In this document: positions 9,535-18,679 of the stretch, one piece after another
Layout: each line of letters opens with the position of its first letter
How positions within the stretch are numbered: position 1 is the stretch's first letter
Assembly (NCBI GenBank): GCA_041662625.1
Contig: JBAZSB010000002.1
Span: 12,024 to 76,023 of the forward strand
Source of the DNA: Patescibacteria group bacterium
GTDB taxonomy: Bacteria > Patescibacteriota > Patescibacteriia > Buchananbacterales > UBA6539
Length of the DNA: 64,000 bases
Direction of reading: 5' to 3'
Notes under the pieces: generated by a model
Seen by the model: only the letters and a program-made list of their open reading frames with translations
What the model was told of the DNA's origin: nothing
Databases searched by the model: none
Program-made: the position numbers and the translations under genes

Positions 9535-9714
9535 AAATTTTTAAAACCTCATTTTAATCATGTAATCTTAGATTCACCAATAAAAATAAGTCCAACCTAA
9601 TTTTAATTATACCACAAAACCCGCTGTTTTACATAACCAAATACCTATGTTAACCAAAGTCCTTCTGATTAACATATGTTAACCTACTTTCCCGTAGTTA
9701 ACAAAGAAAAAAGC

Positions 9715-9762
9715 CCCCTTTCCTGCTGTCAGGCAAAAAAGAGGGTTTAGGTTTGATCACAA
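9715..9762 (-). terminator. Rho-independent terminator downstream of the giant CHAP protein gene
   Basis: On the minus strand: hairpin CCTGACAGCAGG followed by GGGGGCTTTTTTCTTT. Confidence 0.5.
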
Positions 9763-9778
9763 GGTGCATCTAGCTTGT

Positions 9779-12700
9779 TTACGGCCCCAGATCCCGGTAC
9801 TTCAGCGAGTAGCTGCAACTGCTGCCCACGGAGTAGGCCCGGATGCGGAGGTAATACCAGCCGGTACTGTTTGGTTTATAGGTGAAGCTGAACTGAAGAT
9901 TACCACCGCTGTCATCGTTGTAGGCAACGCGGACAGTGCCGGCAGAATTGGAGTACAGCTCACCGTAGTCATCGCCAATGCCGCCAGTTGTGTTGAAATT
10001 GTAGCGGCGGCCGCTTACCAGATACACTCTGAACCAGTCGTAGCGATCGGCGCTCGACAAGGTGTGGGGTCCGTGGGCCTGTTCCGTAGCCGTCGGGTTA
10101 TTCAACACTGTGGAACCGGAAACAATGTTGTCAGCCGGATCCCAAGCATCATTGGCAGGCGGTGGCGGTATGACGGCCAAATCCCGGTACTTCAGCGAGT
10201 AGCTACAATTACTACCTACTGAGGAGGCCCGGATACGGAGGTAATACCAGCCGCTGACTGTCGGCGCATAGGTAAAACTGAACTGCAGGTTACCACCACT
10301 GTCGTCATTGTAAGCGACGCGAGTGGTACCCGTTGCATTGGAGTACAACTCGGCGTAATCATTACCGGTCCCGCCAGTTGTGTTGAAATTGTAGCGACGG
10401 CCGCTTACCAGATACACCCTGAACCAGTCGTAGCGATCCATATTGGAAAGCGTATGTGGTCCATGGTTCTGCTCTGCAGTGGTCGGGTTGTTTAGCACTG
10501 TGGCGCTGGAGACAATCCCGTCAGCCGGATCCCAGGCGTCGATAATAGGTGTTGGAATAGTAGTAATATTCGACTCCAGCACCGTACCATCAACTTTATC
10601 CTGCAGGATAATGAACACTTGGGGTGGTGGCGCTTGGCCTAAGGGCACAGCAAACCAAATCCTGGTCAGGTCAGAGGCTTTACCAAGAGCACAGAAGCCG
10701 TAGATCCGACGTCGACTGCCGTCTGGTTTTGCCTCATAGATCTCAACCCAGGTTCGAGCGGCACTGGTGTTAAGGCCGCAAGTCACACAGTAGGCTGAAC
10801 TGAAAATCCGGTCAGGATATTCAGCCCAGTTACTGATTGACAAGAGATAGCGGGTCCAGTTACCACTGGAGGTGCTGTATTCTTCACTGCCAATGATGGT
10901 GAGCTGAGGAATTGGAACCAACTCCAAAGGCGAAATCACCTCAAAGGTAACGCCTCCTTCATTGTTGCTTTCATCCTCCTCGCTCACCTCGCTGTCACAG
11001 TCAGCATAAGCGCGCCAAGTGAAAATCCCGGAGCTGTCACAATGATCCAGATCAAAAATCACTTCCGCTGTCTGGCCAGAAGCCAGGGCCGGCAGGCGTT
11101 GCTTCAGGAAAAAATTGTTCCAGGTCAAGCCAACATTGAAAGCTGGCGCATCAACCGGACCAATATTTCCTGCCACAATAGTTACCTTGATCGGATCACC
11201 AGTCCAGGGATCAAGAGGATCGACTGAACAGTTCATGATGACGCAGTCAGCTCGCCGCGGTGGCAGGACTGTCACTGAAGCGCTTGCGGAGTTGTCGCCT
11301 TCGTTGCTTTCGGCCACAACATTGCCACTGTCAACGACCGCAGTCACCGTCTGTGTCCCTTCAGCTGTCAGATTGAAATTGACACTGAAAGGCACACTGC
11401 CACCCGCGGGAATCGCCGGCAGGTCAACAGTTGCTGTCTGCCCGCTGAAACTGATGGCCAGTTGGCAGACGCCAGAGGCCTCATTGCCACTGTTAGACAT
11501 TACACCCGAAACCGTGGCTGTTCCGCCAACTCGCAGTTCAGCCGGGCTGACTGAAAGGTTTGCAAGTGTCAGGTTAGGTTGAGCCGGCGGCGGCAAAGCT
11601 TGGATGATTGTCGATTCAGAGTTATCACCTTCGTTATACTCAGCAATAACCCCGGTTGAATCAACATAAGCATCCACCTTATAGCTGCCTTCGGCCTGTA
11701 TCCCGAGGTTGAAGGTGTGGTAATACACTCCGCCGTGAGACAAGCCGTCGATCTCAATGGCTTGACTGCTCTGGCCGGCAATGCCGACCGTCAGCACAAA
11801 CGGCGTATTGATGTTCACGTCGCCATCATTAATGATCCCAACCTGAATGCAAAGAGGATCACCAGTATGAACTTCGGCTGTTGCCAGTTCAAGTGATACA
11901 AACTTCAACTGGGCTTTTAGATCGGCTTCGTTAATAACCTTGAAACCGACTTTGACTTGGCAACCTTCAGCCGCCTGATTGATGACGTGCCAAACGTCGT
12001 TAATCCGAACGCAGGCAACCAGATAGTAGTCACCGGGTTCAGTCGAGACGTAGCTGCTGCCGACACTGCCGCTTTTCGTCTGACCCGGTTGTAAAGTTAC
12101 GGGCGTCGACATGTAGCTGGAGAAATCAACCCAGACGTTTTCGGGCAACCGGTAGGGGAAAAGCGACGGGCCTTGGTAGGTCACCACTTGGTCAGTCGGA
12201 TTTTCCACGGTGTAAGTTATCCTGGGACAAACATAGGGCAAATACGGCCCAGTGCTATCCTCGGTTAACCCAGCGACCAGCCTAAGCGGCGCTTCGGGAA
12301 AAGGCGGTTGAGGCGGTGGTTCGGGGTCAGGCAGCTTTTCCACGACAGTCACGGTCACTCTCTCTGACTGAATCGACCGGTCGTCGTAAAGCTCAATCCA
12401 TGTTTCTGCCGTACCGATGTTATTGGCAATGATGTAGCCATTGTCACCGGAGATGACAAAGACACTTGGGCTAGACGAAATGAAAAGCACTTGCACCCCA
12501 GTCATCTCATTGCCGTACTGGTCAAACACTTGAGCCGTGGCCCAGCCGTCCGTGGCATACTGCCAAGTAGTTTGCGTCAGATTGATCCGCAACGTTGTTG
12601 GCGTGGGTGCCGGTGTTGGCGGGGGCGGGGGTGTAGCTTCGGTTGTCACTGTCACCTCGTTGCTCCAACCAAAAACCAGCTCGCTGGCCGTAACTGCTGC

Positions 12701-14176
12701 CAGCTGATAGGTGCAGCTATGGCTTGGCTCCAATGGATAATCAGTCCACTGAGTAAAGCCACTGACCAGTTTGGCAATCTTTACCCCGTCACGAAACAGC
12801 CAGAGAAATGGCGCATACGGGTAGGCCGTGTTTTGCCACTGGAGGAACGCCGAGTTGTAGCCATCAGCAGTACCTTGCAGGGTAAAGCTGCCGGGATTTC
12901 CCGGGCCAGTAATGGTCACGATATTGGAGACATCAAGCGCGCCAGTACTATTGGACATGGCAAAGACTTGATATTGCCGTGTGCTGCCTGTTGGTAGGCC
13001 TGCTTCAGTGAATTCCCGAAGTGTGGTCTGGCCGATTTCAGTGCCGTTGGCAAACACGGCGTAGTAGTCGCATGTTGGACCACCTTCAATCCAAATAGTG
13101 TTGTGGTTTTCTGACATCGGTTTGCCGGTCAGAGTTAGGGCACTGAATTCACCGGTTGGCTCAAACACTTCAACCAGTGTACCGTCCAGACGGTGAAGTT
13201 CTACGCTGCCTGATTTGCAGTACCCGTTTTGGAAACACTGCTGGCCGTTAATGAAGTCACTGGTCGGACAGCCTAACACTGTTCCATCGTCCATCGGCAT
13301 ATCCGGACCATAGCGCTGGCAACCGCGAGTGTTGTCCCAACGACCGTAGCGGTAGAACTCCCAATACTTGCCGGGGATCAGGTAGGCCTGACTGCCAAAA
13401 AGCGGATCATAGATGATGATCGACTCTTCACCTCGGGCGTTGCGGAAGTTCTGGCAGAGGTAGCGGAACGGAGCCCAGTTATGGACAAAGATTCCGTCAC
13501 CGTCATCGATTGGCCAACCTACGCCATCCAAACCACCGTGGCGGTTGTAGCAGTTATTGATTTGTCGATCAATCGCTTGACCATCAGCAAACCGACCAAT
13601 GACCGAAAAACCAGGATAGTGTAACCAGCCTTTGACGAAGTAGTTAGTACTAAGTCGTTCTCCCGGCTCTACTTTCCAAGTGCCATCAGCGTTCTGACTC
13701 ATTGGCAACAGACGGAATGGCTTGGTGGAATTATTGATGTTTTGTTCAAACACCTCAATTCCATCCCTCATCACCCGTGAAACAATACCGACGTGGCCAG
13801 AACCACTATCGCAGGATGTCCAACCGTTATTCCACCAAATGATAAAGTCGCCAATCTGGGGCGGTACCACACTGCTATCGTTGGAAACAGCATGGTAACC
13901 CAACCTCTCCGGCAACCGCAACCACATATTGGCTGCACATCCGACTTCGTAGTCAATCACCTTATGGTACGCGGCAGCGAATCTCTTGGCCAAGTTAACA
14001 CACTGGTATTCCGCTTGGCTGGCCGTACAAGGCTTCTCGGTGCAGTCACCATTAGAATACGCGGTGACTCCCATGAAAGAGCCAATTTCGCGTCCGTAGT
14101 CCGGACCACAGTCGTTCGGGCACTGACCTGACGCCACTGTCGCCACAAACATAACCACACAAAATATCGTTCTCAT
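9779..14176 (-). CDS. Giant secreted cell-wall hydrolase-like surface protein: signal peptide - CHAP domain - Ig-like/CARDB repeats - Pro-rich linkers - two C-terminal PPC (pre-peptidase C-terminal) domains
   Basis: Start moved to MRTIFCVVMFVATVASG (RBS GGAGGT 9 nt upstream). The CHAP motif has a Cys near YQCVNLAKRF and a His at SGSGHVGIV. NEGDNSxST repeats are CARDB-like, linked by PPPPTPAPTPT. The two C-terminal ~130-aa units (AWDPAD...RYDWFRVYL...YNDDSGGN...YYLRIRA) are PPC-like. GC is ~57% in an AT-rich backbone. Confidence 0.75.
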   Translation of the reverse strand: MRTIFCVVMFVATVASGQCPNDCGPDYGREIGSFMGVTAYSNGDCTEKPCTASQAEYQCVNLAKRFAAAYHKVIDYEVGCAANMWLRLPERLGYHAVSNDSSVVPPQIGDFIIWWNNGWTSCDSGSGHVGIVSRVMRDGIEVFEQNINNSTKPFRLLPMSQNADGTWKVEPGERLSTNYFVKGWLHYPGFSVIGRFADGQAIDRQINNCYNRHGGLDGVGWPIDDGDGIFVHNWAPFRYLCQNFRNARGEESIIIYDPLFGSQAYLIPGKYWEFYRYGRWDNTRGCQRYGPDMPMDDGTVLGCPTSDFINGQQCFQNGYCKSGSVELHRLDGTLVEVFEPTGEFSALTLTGKPMSENHNTIWIEGGPTCDYYAVFANGTEIGQTTLREFTEAGLPTGSTRQYQVFAMSNSTGALDVSNIVTITGPGNPGSFTLQGTADGYNSAFLQWQNTAYPYAPFLWLFRDGVKIAKLVSGFTQWTDYPLEPSHSCTYQLAAVTASELVFGWSNEVTVTTEATPPPPPTPAPTPTTLRINLTQTTWQYATDGWATAQVFDQYGNEMTGVQVLFISSSPSVFVISGDNGYIIANNIGTAETWIELYDDRSIQSERVTVTVVEKLPDPEPPPQPPFPEAPLRLVAGLTEDSTGPYLPYVCPRITYTVENPTDQVVTYQGPSLFPYRLPENVWVDFSSYMSTPVTLQPGQTKSGSVGSSYVSTEPGDYYLVACVRINDVWHVINQAAEGCQVKVGFKVINEADLKAQLKFVSLELATAEVHTGDPLCIQVGIINDGDVNINTPFVLTVGIAGQSSQAIEIDGLSHGGVYYHTFNLGIQAEGSYKVDAYVDSTGVIAEYNEGDNSESTIIQALPPPAQPNLTLANLSVSPAELRVGGTATVSGVMSNSGNEASGVCQLAISFSGQTATVDLPAIPAGGSVPFSVNFNLTAEGTQTVTAVVDSGNVVAESNEGDNSASASVTVLPPRRADCVIMNCSVDPLDPWTGDPIKVTIVAGNIGPVDAPAFNVGLTWNNFFLKQRLPALASGQTAEVIFDLDHCDSSGIFTWRAYADCDSEVSEEDESNNEGGVTFEVISPLELVPIPQLTIIGSEEYSTSSGNWTRYLLSISNWAEYPDRIFSSAYCVTCGLNTSAARTWVEIYEAKPDGSRRRIYGFCALGKASDLTRIWFAVPLGQAPPPQVFIILQDKVDGTVLESNITTIPTPIIDAWDPADGIVSSATVLNNPTTAEQNHGPHTLSNMDRYDWFRVYLVSGRRYNFNTTGGTGNDYAELYSNATGTTRVAYNDDSGGNLQFSFTYAPTVSGWYYLRIRASSVGSNCSYSLKYRDLAVIPPPPANDAWDPADNIVSGSTVLNNPTATEQAHGPHTLSSADRYDWFRVYLVSGRRYNFNTTGGIGDDYGELYSNSAGTVRVAYNDDSGGNLQFSFTYKPNSTGWYYLRIRAYSVGSSCSYSLKYRDLGP
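9790..10565. repeat. Tandem duplication of ~390 bp (2 units, ~88% identical) encoding the two PPC domains
   Basis: 9790-10175 versus 10180-10565 share long identical runs, for example cccggtacttcagcgagtagct...ggaggtaataccagcc...gccagttgtgttgaaattgtagcg.cggccgcttaccagatacac.ctgaaccagtcgtagcgatc. Confidence 0.85.
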
Positions 14177-14231
14177 TTCTCGATACCTCCATATTGTCAA
14201 AGGTCTATGGTATTTCTCTTCTACTCACATC

Positions 14232-14262
14232 GTAGAAAAGGGAGCTTTTACAGAAAGCTCCT
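14232..14262 (-). terminator. Rho-independent terminator for the lipoprotein gene
   Basis: On the minus strand: GGAGCTTTCTGTAAAAGCTCC followed by CTTTTCT. Confidence 0.55.
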
Positions 14263-14340
14263 TAAAAAAATCAACATAGAACTTAATCTCTTTAAGGAGA
14301 TCTCTGGCGCTATGTTGATTATGGTCTTAGAATTTTAATT

Positions 14341-15030
14341 TTACTTCGTCGATAAAAACTTAAAACTGGATAAAATTTCGTAATAAGTTGGCAAAAACCT
14401 ACTATTTGAATCCAAATGCTCTGCTAATACAAAAACTATTTTATCATTATTCATTAAACAAAGATTTTTTTTGATAAATCTTTTATCGTTATCCATAATA
14501 TAATTAATTGAAAAAACCTTTTCACCATTAATATCCTCAAATCCTTTATCTAAAATGTTCAAATTATTATATTTATCATTCCAAATTGCATCAGAATATA
14601 ATATTAAATCTGTATCACACCATTGCTTATTGTTTTGGCCGGCATGACCAAGATCATTATCATCAGCTAAAAGAAAATGAAATTCCATATAAATTTCATC
14701 TTCCGGGACAAATACACTATTGCCGCTAGGTTCATAACGAGAAGCGAGTTGAATAATTGATCCCCCAGCATATAATTCCCAACGAGGGGGATACTTAAAC
14801 TCAAACCCATATTCCTCATTCCAATAAGTTTTCCAGTTACTCGTGTCTATTGCTTTAGTAGTTGTGGCAGTGTTGGTATTTACATTTTGATCTATCGGCT
14901 GATTCGTATTTTGATTTACATTCTGGTTCTGATTAACTACCGGATTCGGCTTTTTCAGGCACGCCGAAACAGCCAGGCTTAAGCCAGCTAAAAGGGCAAT
15001 AATTGCGAGTTTTTGGGTTAGTTTTTTCAT
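14341..15030 (-). CDS. Putative lipoprotein with an Asn/Gln-rich low-complexity region
   Basis: Signal peptide with lipobox-like LAVSAC, then NQNQNVNQNTNQPIDQNVNTN, then a globular domain. Confidence 0.45.
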   Translation of the reverse strand: MKKLTQKLAIIALLAGLSLAVSACLKKPNPVVNQNQNVNQNTNQPIDQNVNTNTATTTKAIDTSNWKTYWNEEYGFEFKYPPRWELYAGGSIIQLASRYEPSGNSVFVPEDEIYMEFHFLLADDNDLGHAGQNNKQWCDTDLILYSDAIWNDKYNNLNILDKGFEDINGEKVFSINYIMDNDKRFIKKNLCLMNNDKIVFVLAEHLDSNSRFLPTYYEILSSFKFLSTK

Positions 15031-15131
15031 ACTTTTTTGGTAAAAAATAAAGCGCTTGGGGCGCTATATTGAAACTCTTTGATTCTATTCTCATTTTATC
15101 ACTCCTAAAAACCGTGTCAATAGCAGTTATT

Positions 15132-16892
15132 TTAAAAAGTCAGCTCTTCTGGCTCGACTCGTCCATTAAGAGTCGAAGCAGACTCATCTGGTTCGGCCGG
15201 TGCTAAAACCAACCGGCAAAGCCTCAGCTCATCGTAAGAAAACCGGCCGCCTAGTTTTTCAAAAACCGGCGAAAGCCGCTCAAACCCCAGTTCATTAAAA
15301 GCTGCTGCTATTTCGGCCAGAGATTTTTGCAATGGCATTGAAAGTATCCGATTCAGATCCGCCTTCTCTACCAGATTTTTTGCCGCCAGCTTTTCCAAGT
15401 GATTTAAAATTGTGCCTTGGGTTAAGCCGCGCTGTTTGGCAATGGCCGCGATATCCTTGCCAGCGCGCCAAAGCGTTAAAGTTTCCATTTTAGTATCGGT
15501 TTTAATCTTTACGCGACGGTGCGAAGGGCGGGCGTTCAGATCACCGCCGCAGGCAATGATAAAATCGCGCTGTTGTTTTTCAATTTCTGCCGGTAAAACT
15601 TCAGCCAGCTCGGCTTGAGTCTTAAACGATAAATCCAAAAAATCTTTGTCTTTTTCTAAAACCTGCTTATCAACTTCAAAAGCGCGGCGATTATACCCAA
15701 GCAAAAAAAGTCCGGAAAGCCGCCGCACCCGCGACAGCGCCACGTAGCCTTGGCCGGCTTCAAAAACCTTGCTCAAATCAATTACGGCCTGATCCAAACT
15801 CATGCCTTGGCTTTTGTGAATGGTAATCGACCAGGCCAGCCGCAAAGGCAGCTGGCTGATTTTGGCGCGCGGGATGCCGTTTTCTTCGGCGGTCCAGTCT
15901 GCCGGTAAAACTTCAATCTGCCGGCTGTCTTTGGTTTGAACAATTGGATAATTGCTTTTCTCGTCAAAGCCTAATACCGTGCCGAGCGTGCCGTTGACAT
16001 ACCGATTGCCCGAATCATTTTTGGTAAACATCACAGCCGCGCCTTTTTTTAAACTTAAAACCTCCGGTGACAGACAGCCTTTCTGCAAAGCCGCCACCAG
16101 CGGTTTTGGCCCGCGGCCGGACATGATAAAATCCATCGCCTTGCCTGGCAGCTCGTTTAATTTTTTATCATTAATGTGGTCAACATCGGCATTATGAGAA
16201 AAAAGTTTTGGCGCACCGGCCGGCGCGGCTAAATATTCTATAACCTGAAGTTTAATCAAAGCCAAATGCGAATCAGAAAATTTGTTTTGGCGAATGGCCT
16301 GCAAAACGTTTAAAAAATCACCATCATCCTGTCGGTATTGCTCAGTTAAATAACAAACCTTTAAATCGGCTTTTTGCCAAACAAACGACTGAAAAGCAAA
16401 TCGCTGTTTGGCAGTACCAAAAAGATCAGTGGCAGCCTCCTCTTCATCCTTCTTTAAAACCGGCGGCAGCTGAAAAAAATCGCCGACTAAAATTATTTGC
16501 AAACCGCCAAACGGGCTGGAATTTTTTTTAACTTTCCGGCAAACGGCGTCAATCATTTCCAAAGTCTGTGGTTTTAGCATTGATACTTCGTCAACAATCA
16601 AAACCTTGGCATTGGCAATGCGTCTGGCCACCCGCCTGTTGGCGGCAATGTTAGTTAGGTCTGATTTGCTTAATTTTTCTTTGATGCCAATGCCGGACCA
16701 GGAATGAATAGTCAGCCCGCCGATGTGAGTCGCGGCAATGCCGGTGGCCGCGGTGATTGCCGGTTCAATGCCAAAAGATTTCAGGTAACTGACATATTCA
16801 TTAATAACATAGGTTTTGCCCGAGCCGGGTTGGCCGGTTAAAAAAACATTAACGCCGGTTTTCATTATTGCTAACGCTTGGGACTGTTTCAT
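15132..16892 (-). CDS. SF1 ATP-dependent DNA helicase, PIF1/RecD-like (AAA_30), with a C-terminal HTH-like tail
   Basis: Walker A GQPGSGKT near the N-terminus, Walker B LIVDEVSM, the PIF1-like motif VGDFFQLPPV and QYRQ in the helicase core. Confidence 0.8.
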   Translation of the reverse strand: MKQSQALAIMKTGVNVFLTGQPGSGKTYVINEYVSYLKSFGIEPAITAATGIAATHIGGLTIHSWSGIGIKEKLSKSDLTNIAANRRVARRIANAKVLIVDEVSMLKPQTLEMIDAVCRKVKKNSSPFGGLQIILVGDFFQLPPVLKKDEEEAATDLFGTAKQRFAFQSFVWQKADLKVCYLTEQYRQDDGDFLNVLQAIRQNKFSDSHLALIKLQVIEYLAAPAGAPKLFSHNADVDHINDKKLNELPGKAMDFIMSGRGPKPLVAALQKGCLSPEVLSLKKGAAVMFTKNDSGNRYVNGTLGTVLGFDEKSNYPIVQTKDSRQIEVLPADWTAEENGIPRAKISQLPLRLAWSITIHKSQGMSLDQAVIDLSKVFEAGQGYVALSRVRRLSGLFLLGYNRRAFEVDKQVLEKDKDFLDLSFKTQAELAEVLPAEIEKQQRDFIIACGGDLNARPSHRRVKIKTDTKMETLTLWRAGKDIAAIAKQRGLTQGTILNHLEKLAAKNLVEKADLNRILSMPLQKSLAEIAAAFNELGFERLSPVFEKLGGRFSYDELRLCRLVLAPAEPDESASTLNGRVEPEELTF

Positions 16893-16900
16893 AAAGATAA

Positions 16901-17614
16901 CTAGACAAAATTAATATAATCCCGCCAATACTCATATAATGCTCTGGTGGCTAGTAAATCACCGACATTGTATTTGGCAATGTCTAGAAATTTCTTTTCT
17001 TTAAAAAGCTTTCCGACATCATCGCCGGTAATGCCAGAAGCTTTCGGACTGGCAATGCCAAACGCCCGGCTCCAAAGATGCAAATTGCCTTTTTTCCTGG
17101 CGGCGCCGTAAAAAGTCAACTGGTCTAATAAATCAATGTGCCGCGCGCCGAATTTCTGGCTGGATAAATAACGGTTGGACATTAAATCTTTGGTCGGTTT
17201 AATTTTGTGAACAGCCGAGCGGATCATTAAAAAAGGCGCATCAAAACCGCGGCCGTTGAAACTGACAAAATTTTGGTAATTAGCCGCTCCCTGCCAAAAA
17301 TTTTGCAACATTTCCGCCTCAGTCATCGGTTTAAATTTAAATCCATTTTCTTCAAATTCCGCCAAGCTCTGCCCGGGCGCCTGAAAATAAATTGCTCCTT
17401 GGTTCTTTTCATAGTCCAAAATTCCAATTACCGCGATCTCGCCAGTCAGCGGTGAAAACCCCAGCCAATTTTTTAAATCAGTTAAATTGGCCTGATATTC
17501 ATTCTCATCTTTGGCTTCTTTCCTGATCCAATTAGTTAAAGAACTTTGGGTGGCTTCGTCCAAACTATCAAAATCCTCGCCAACAGTTTCTAAGTCAAAA
17601 ATTAGAGTAGACAT
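16901..17614 (-). CDS. RNase H-like 3'-5' exonuclease (PolB-exonuclease-like, YprB/MrfB-type)
   Basis: N-terminal Exo I motif IFDLETVG plus later acidic/His motifs (FNGRGFDAPFL, YNVGDL); ~237 aa as expected for this family. Confidence 0.6.
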   Translation of the reverse strand: MSTLIFDLETVGEDFDSLDEATQSSLTNWIRKEAKDENEYQANLTDLKNWLGFSPLTGEIAVIGILDYEKNQGAIYFQAPGQSLAEFEENGFKFKPMTEAEMLQNFWQGAANYQNFVSFNGRGFDAPFLMIRSAVHKIKPTKDLMSNRYLSSQKFGARHIDLLDQLTFYGAARKKGNLHLWSRAFGIASPKASGITGDDVGKLFKEKKFLDIAKYNVGDLLATRALYEYWRDYINFV

Positions 17615-17732
17615 ATTGCGGTTTATTAAAATGATATTTAGTTATTCTCAAGCTGATCTAAACCAGTACTATTATACCTTAATAATTCAACTCTTGACAT
17701 ATATTTTTAATCGAGTATTATGTAAATAAGAT

Positions 17733-17776
17733 CACGACGAAAAGTCCCCTTTAAGGTTCTGTCCTTATGGGGTCCT
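17733..17776. terminator. Bidirectional stem-loop terminator
   Basis: CCCCTTTAAGG-ttctgt-CCTTATGGGG with T-runs on both sides; 40 nt downstream of the NYN gene stop. Confidence 0.5.
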
Positions 17777-17808
17777 TTTCATATATGAAAGCTTTTTGCT
17801 TAATTCAT

Positions 17809-18264
17809 TCATAAAACTAATTTTTTGGCAGCCGCTTTCTTTAATAATCCAGAATACTTAAATATATTAGGGACTATTAAGGTCTCTAATTTGTTTTGTT
17901 CTCTTAAATACCGGATCAAACAATAAAAGTCACCATCGCCAGTAACAATAATTGCTTTATTGTAATTTTTGTATTCAATCATCGTATACAAAACTAATTC
18001 TGTATCAACATTGCCTTTAACCCGGCCGTCAGGTAATTCCATCGTTGGTTTAAAAATAAGAATATAGCCACATTTTTGCAAAGACAGGTAAAGACTGGCA
18101 TTGCCTGGCACGTAACCAACAAATAAGTAAGCTACTGCCACATTGTATTTTTCCTTAAGATAGATTCTAAATTTCAGCCAATCTAAAATCCAACCTTGAT
18201 CACGAATGGCCAGATTTAAATTCTGGCTATCAATAAAAGCGTAATTATTTTTACCAAAAGTCAT
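17809..18264 (-). CDS. NYN-domain (PIN-like) predicted ribonuclease
   Basis: AFIDSQNL at the N-terminus and the TGDGDF motif, both characteristic of NYN/LabA-like domains. Confidence 0.7.
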   Translation of the reverse strand: MTFGKNNYAFIDSQNLNLAIRDQGWILDWLKFRIYLKEKYNVAVAYLFVGYVPGNASLYLSLQKCGYILIFKPTMELPDGRVKGNVDTELVLYTMIEYKNYNKAIIVTGDGDFYCLIRYLREQNKLETLIVPNIFKYSGLLKKAAAKKLVL

Positions 18265-18418
18265 AAAAAAATAGCGCCAAAACGCTATGTTTAATCAACA
18301 CTTTCACTAACTTTGAAGTGGGTCCTAGGCTCAACCCCGCACCTTTATCTAAAAAACTATTATCAGGGCCCCAGGCTCAACATAGCGCGAAAAGCTCTAA
18401 GACCCTGATAATAATCCT

Positions 18419-18655
18419 TTAAAGAGCCGGCCGAAATAGGCGGCATTCTATCGTATTACCATTGGGTAGTTTGACCGTTACCCGCGATGGATAGCGACAA
18501 CCTAAAATCGCTTTGGCCAAAGGCGACAAAAAGGATATTTTGCCGGATTTTGGATCACCAGTTGGTAAATCAACGATTTCCAACTCTTTGATTTTGCCAT
18601 TTAAAACGACTAAGACTTTGTCCCCAATTGTAATTTTTTTAGACTTTTTGAACAT
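18419..18655 (-). CDS. Stand-alone GreA/GreB C-terminal (FKBP-like) domain protein
   Basis: 78 aa; KISFLSPLAKAILGCRYPSRVTVKLPNGNTIECRLFR matches the GreA C-terminal signature (KIS..SPlgkALlG...GD.v.v..P.G...y.I). Confidence 0.55.
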   Translation of the reverse strand: MFKKSKKITIGDKVLVVLNGKIKELEIVDLPTGDPKSGKISFLSPLAKAILGCRYPSRVTVKLPNGNTIECRLFRPAL

Positions 18656-18679
18656 AGCACGAAAAGCTTCTTATTAGTT

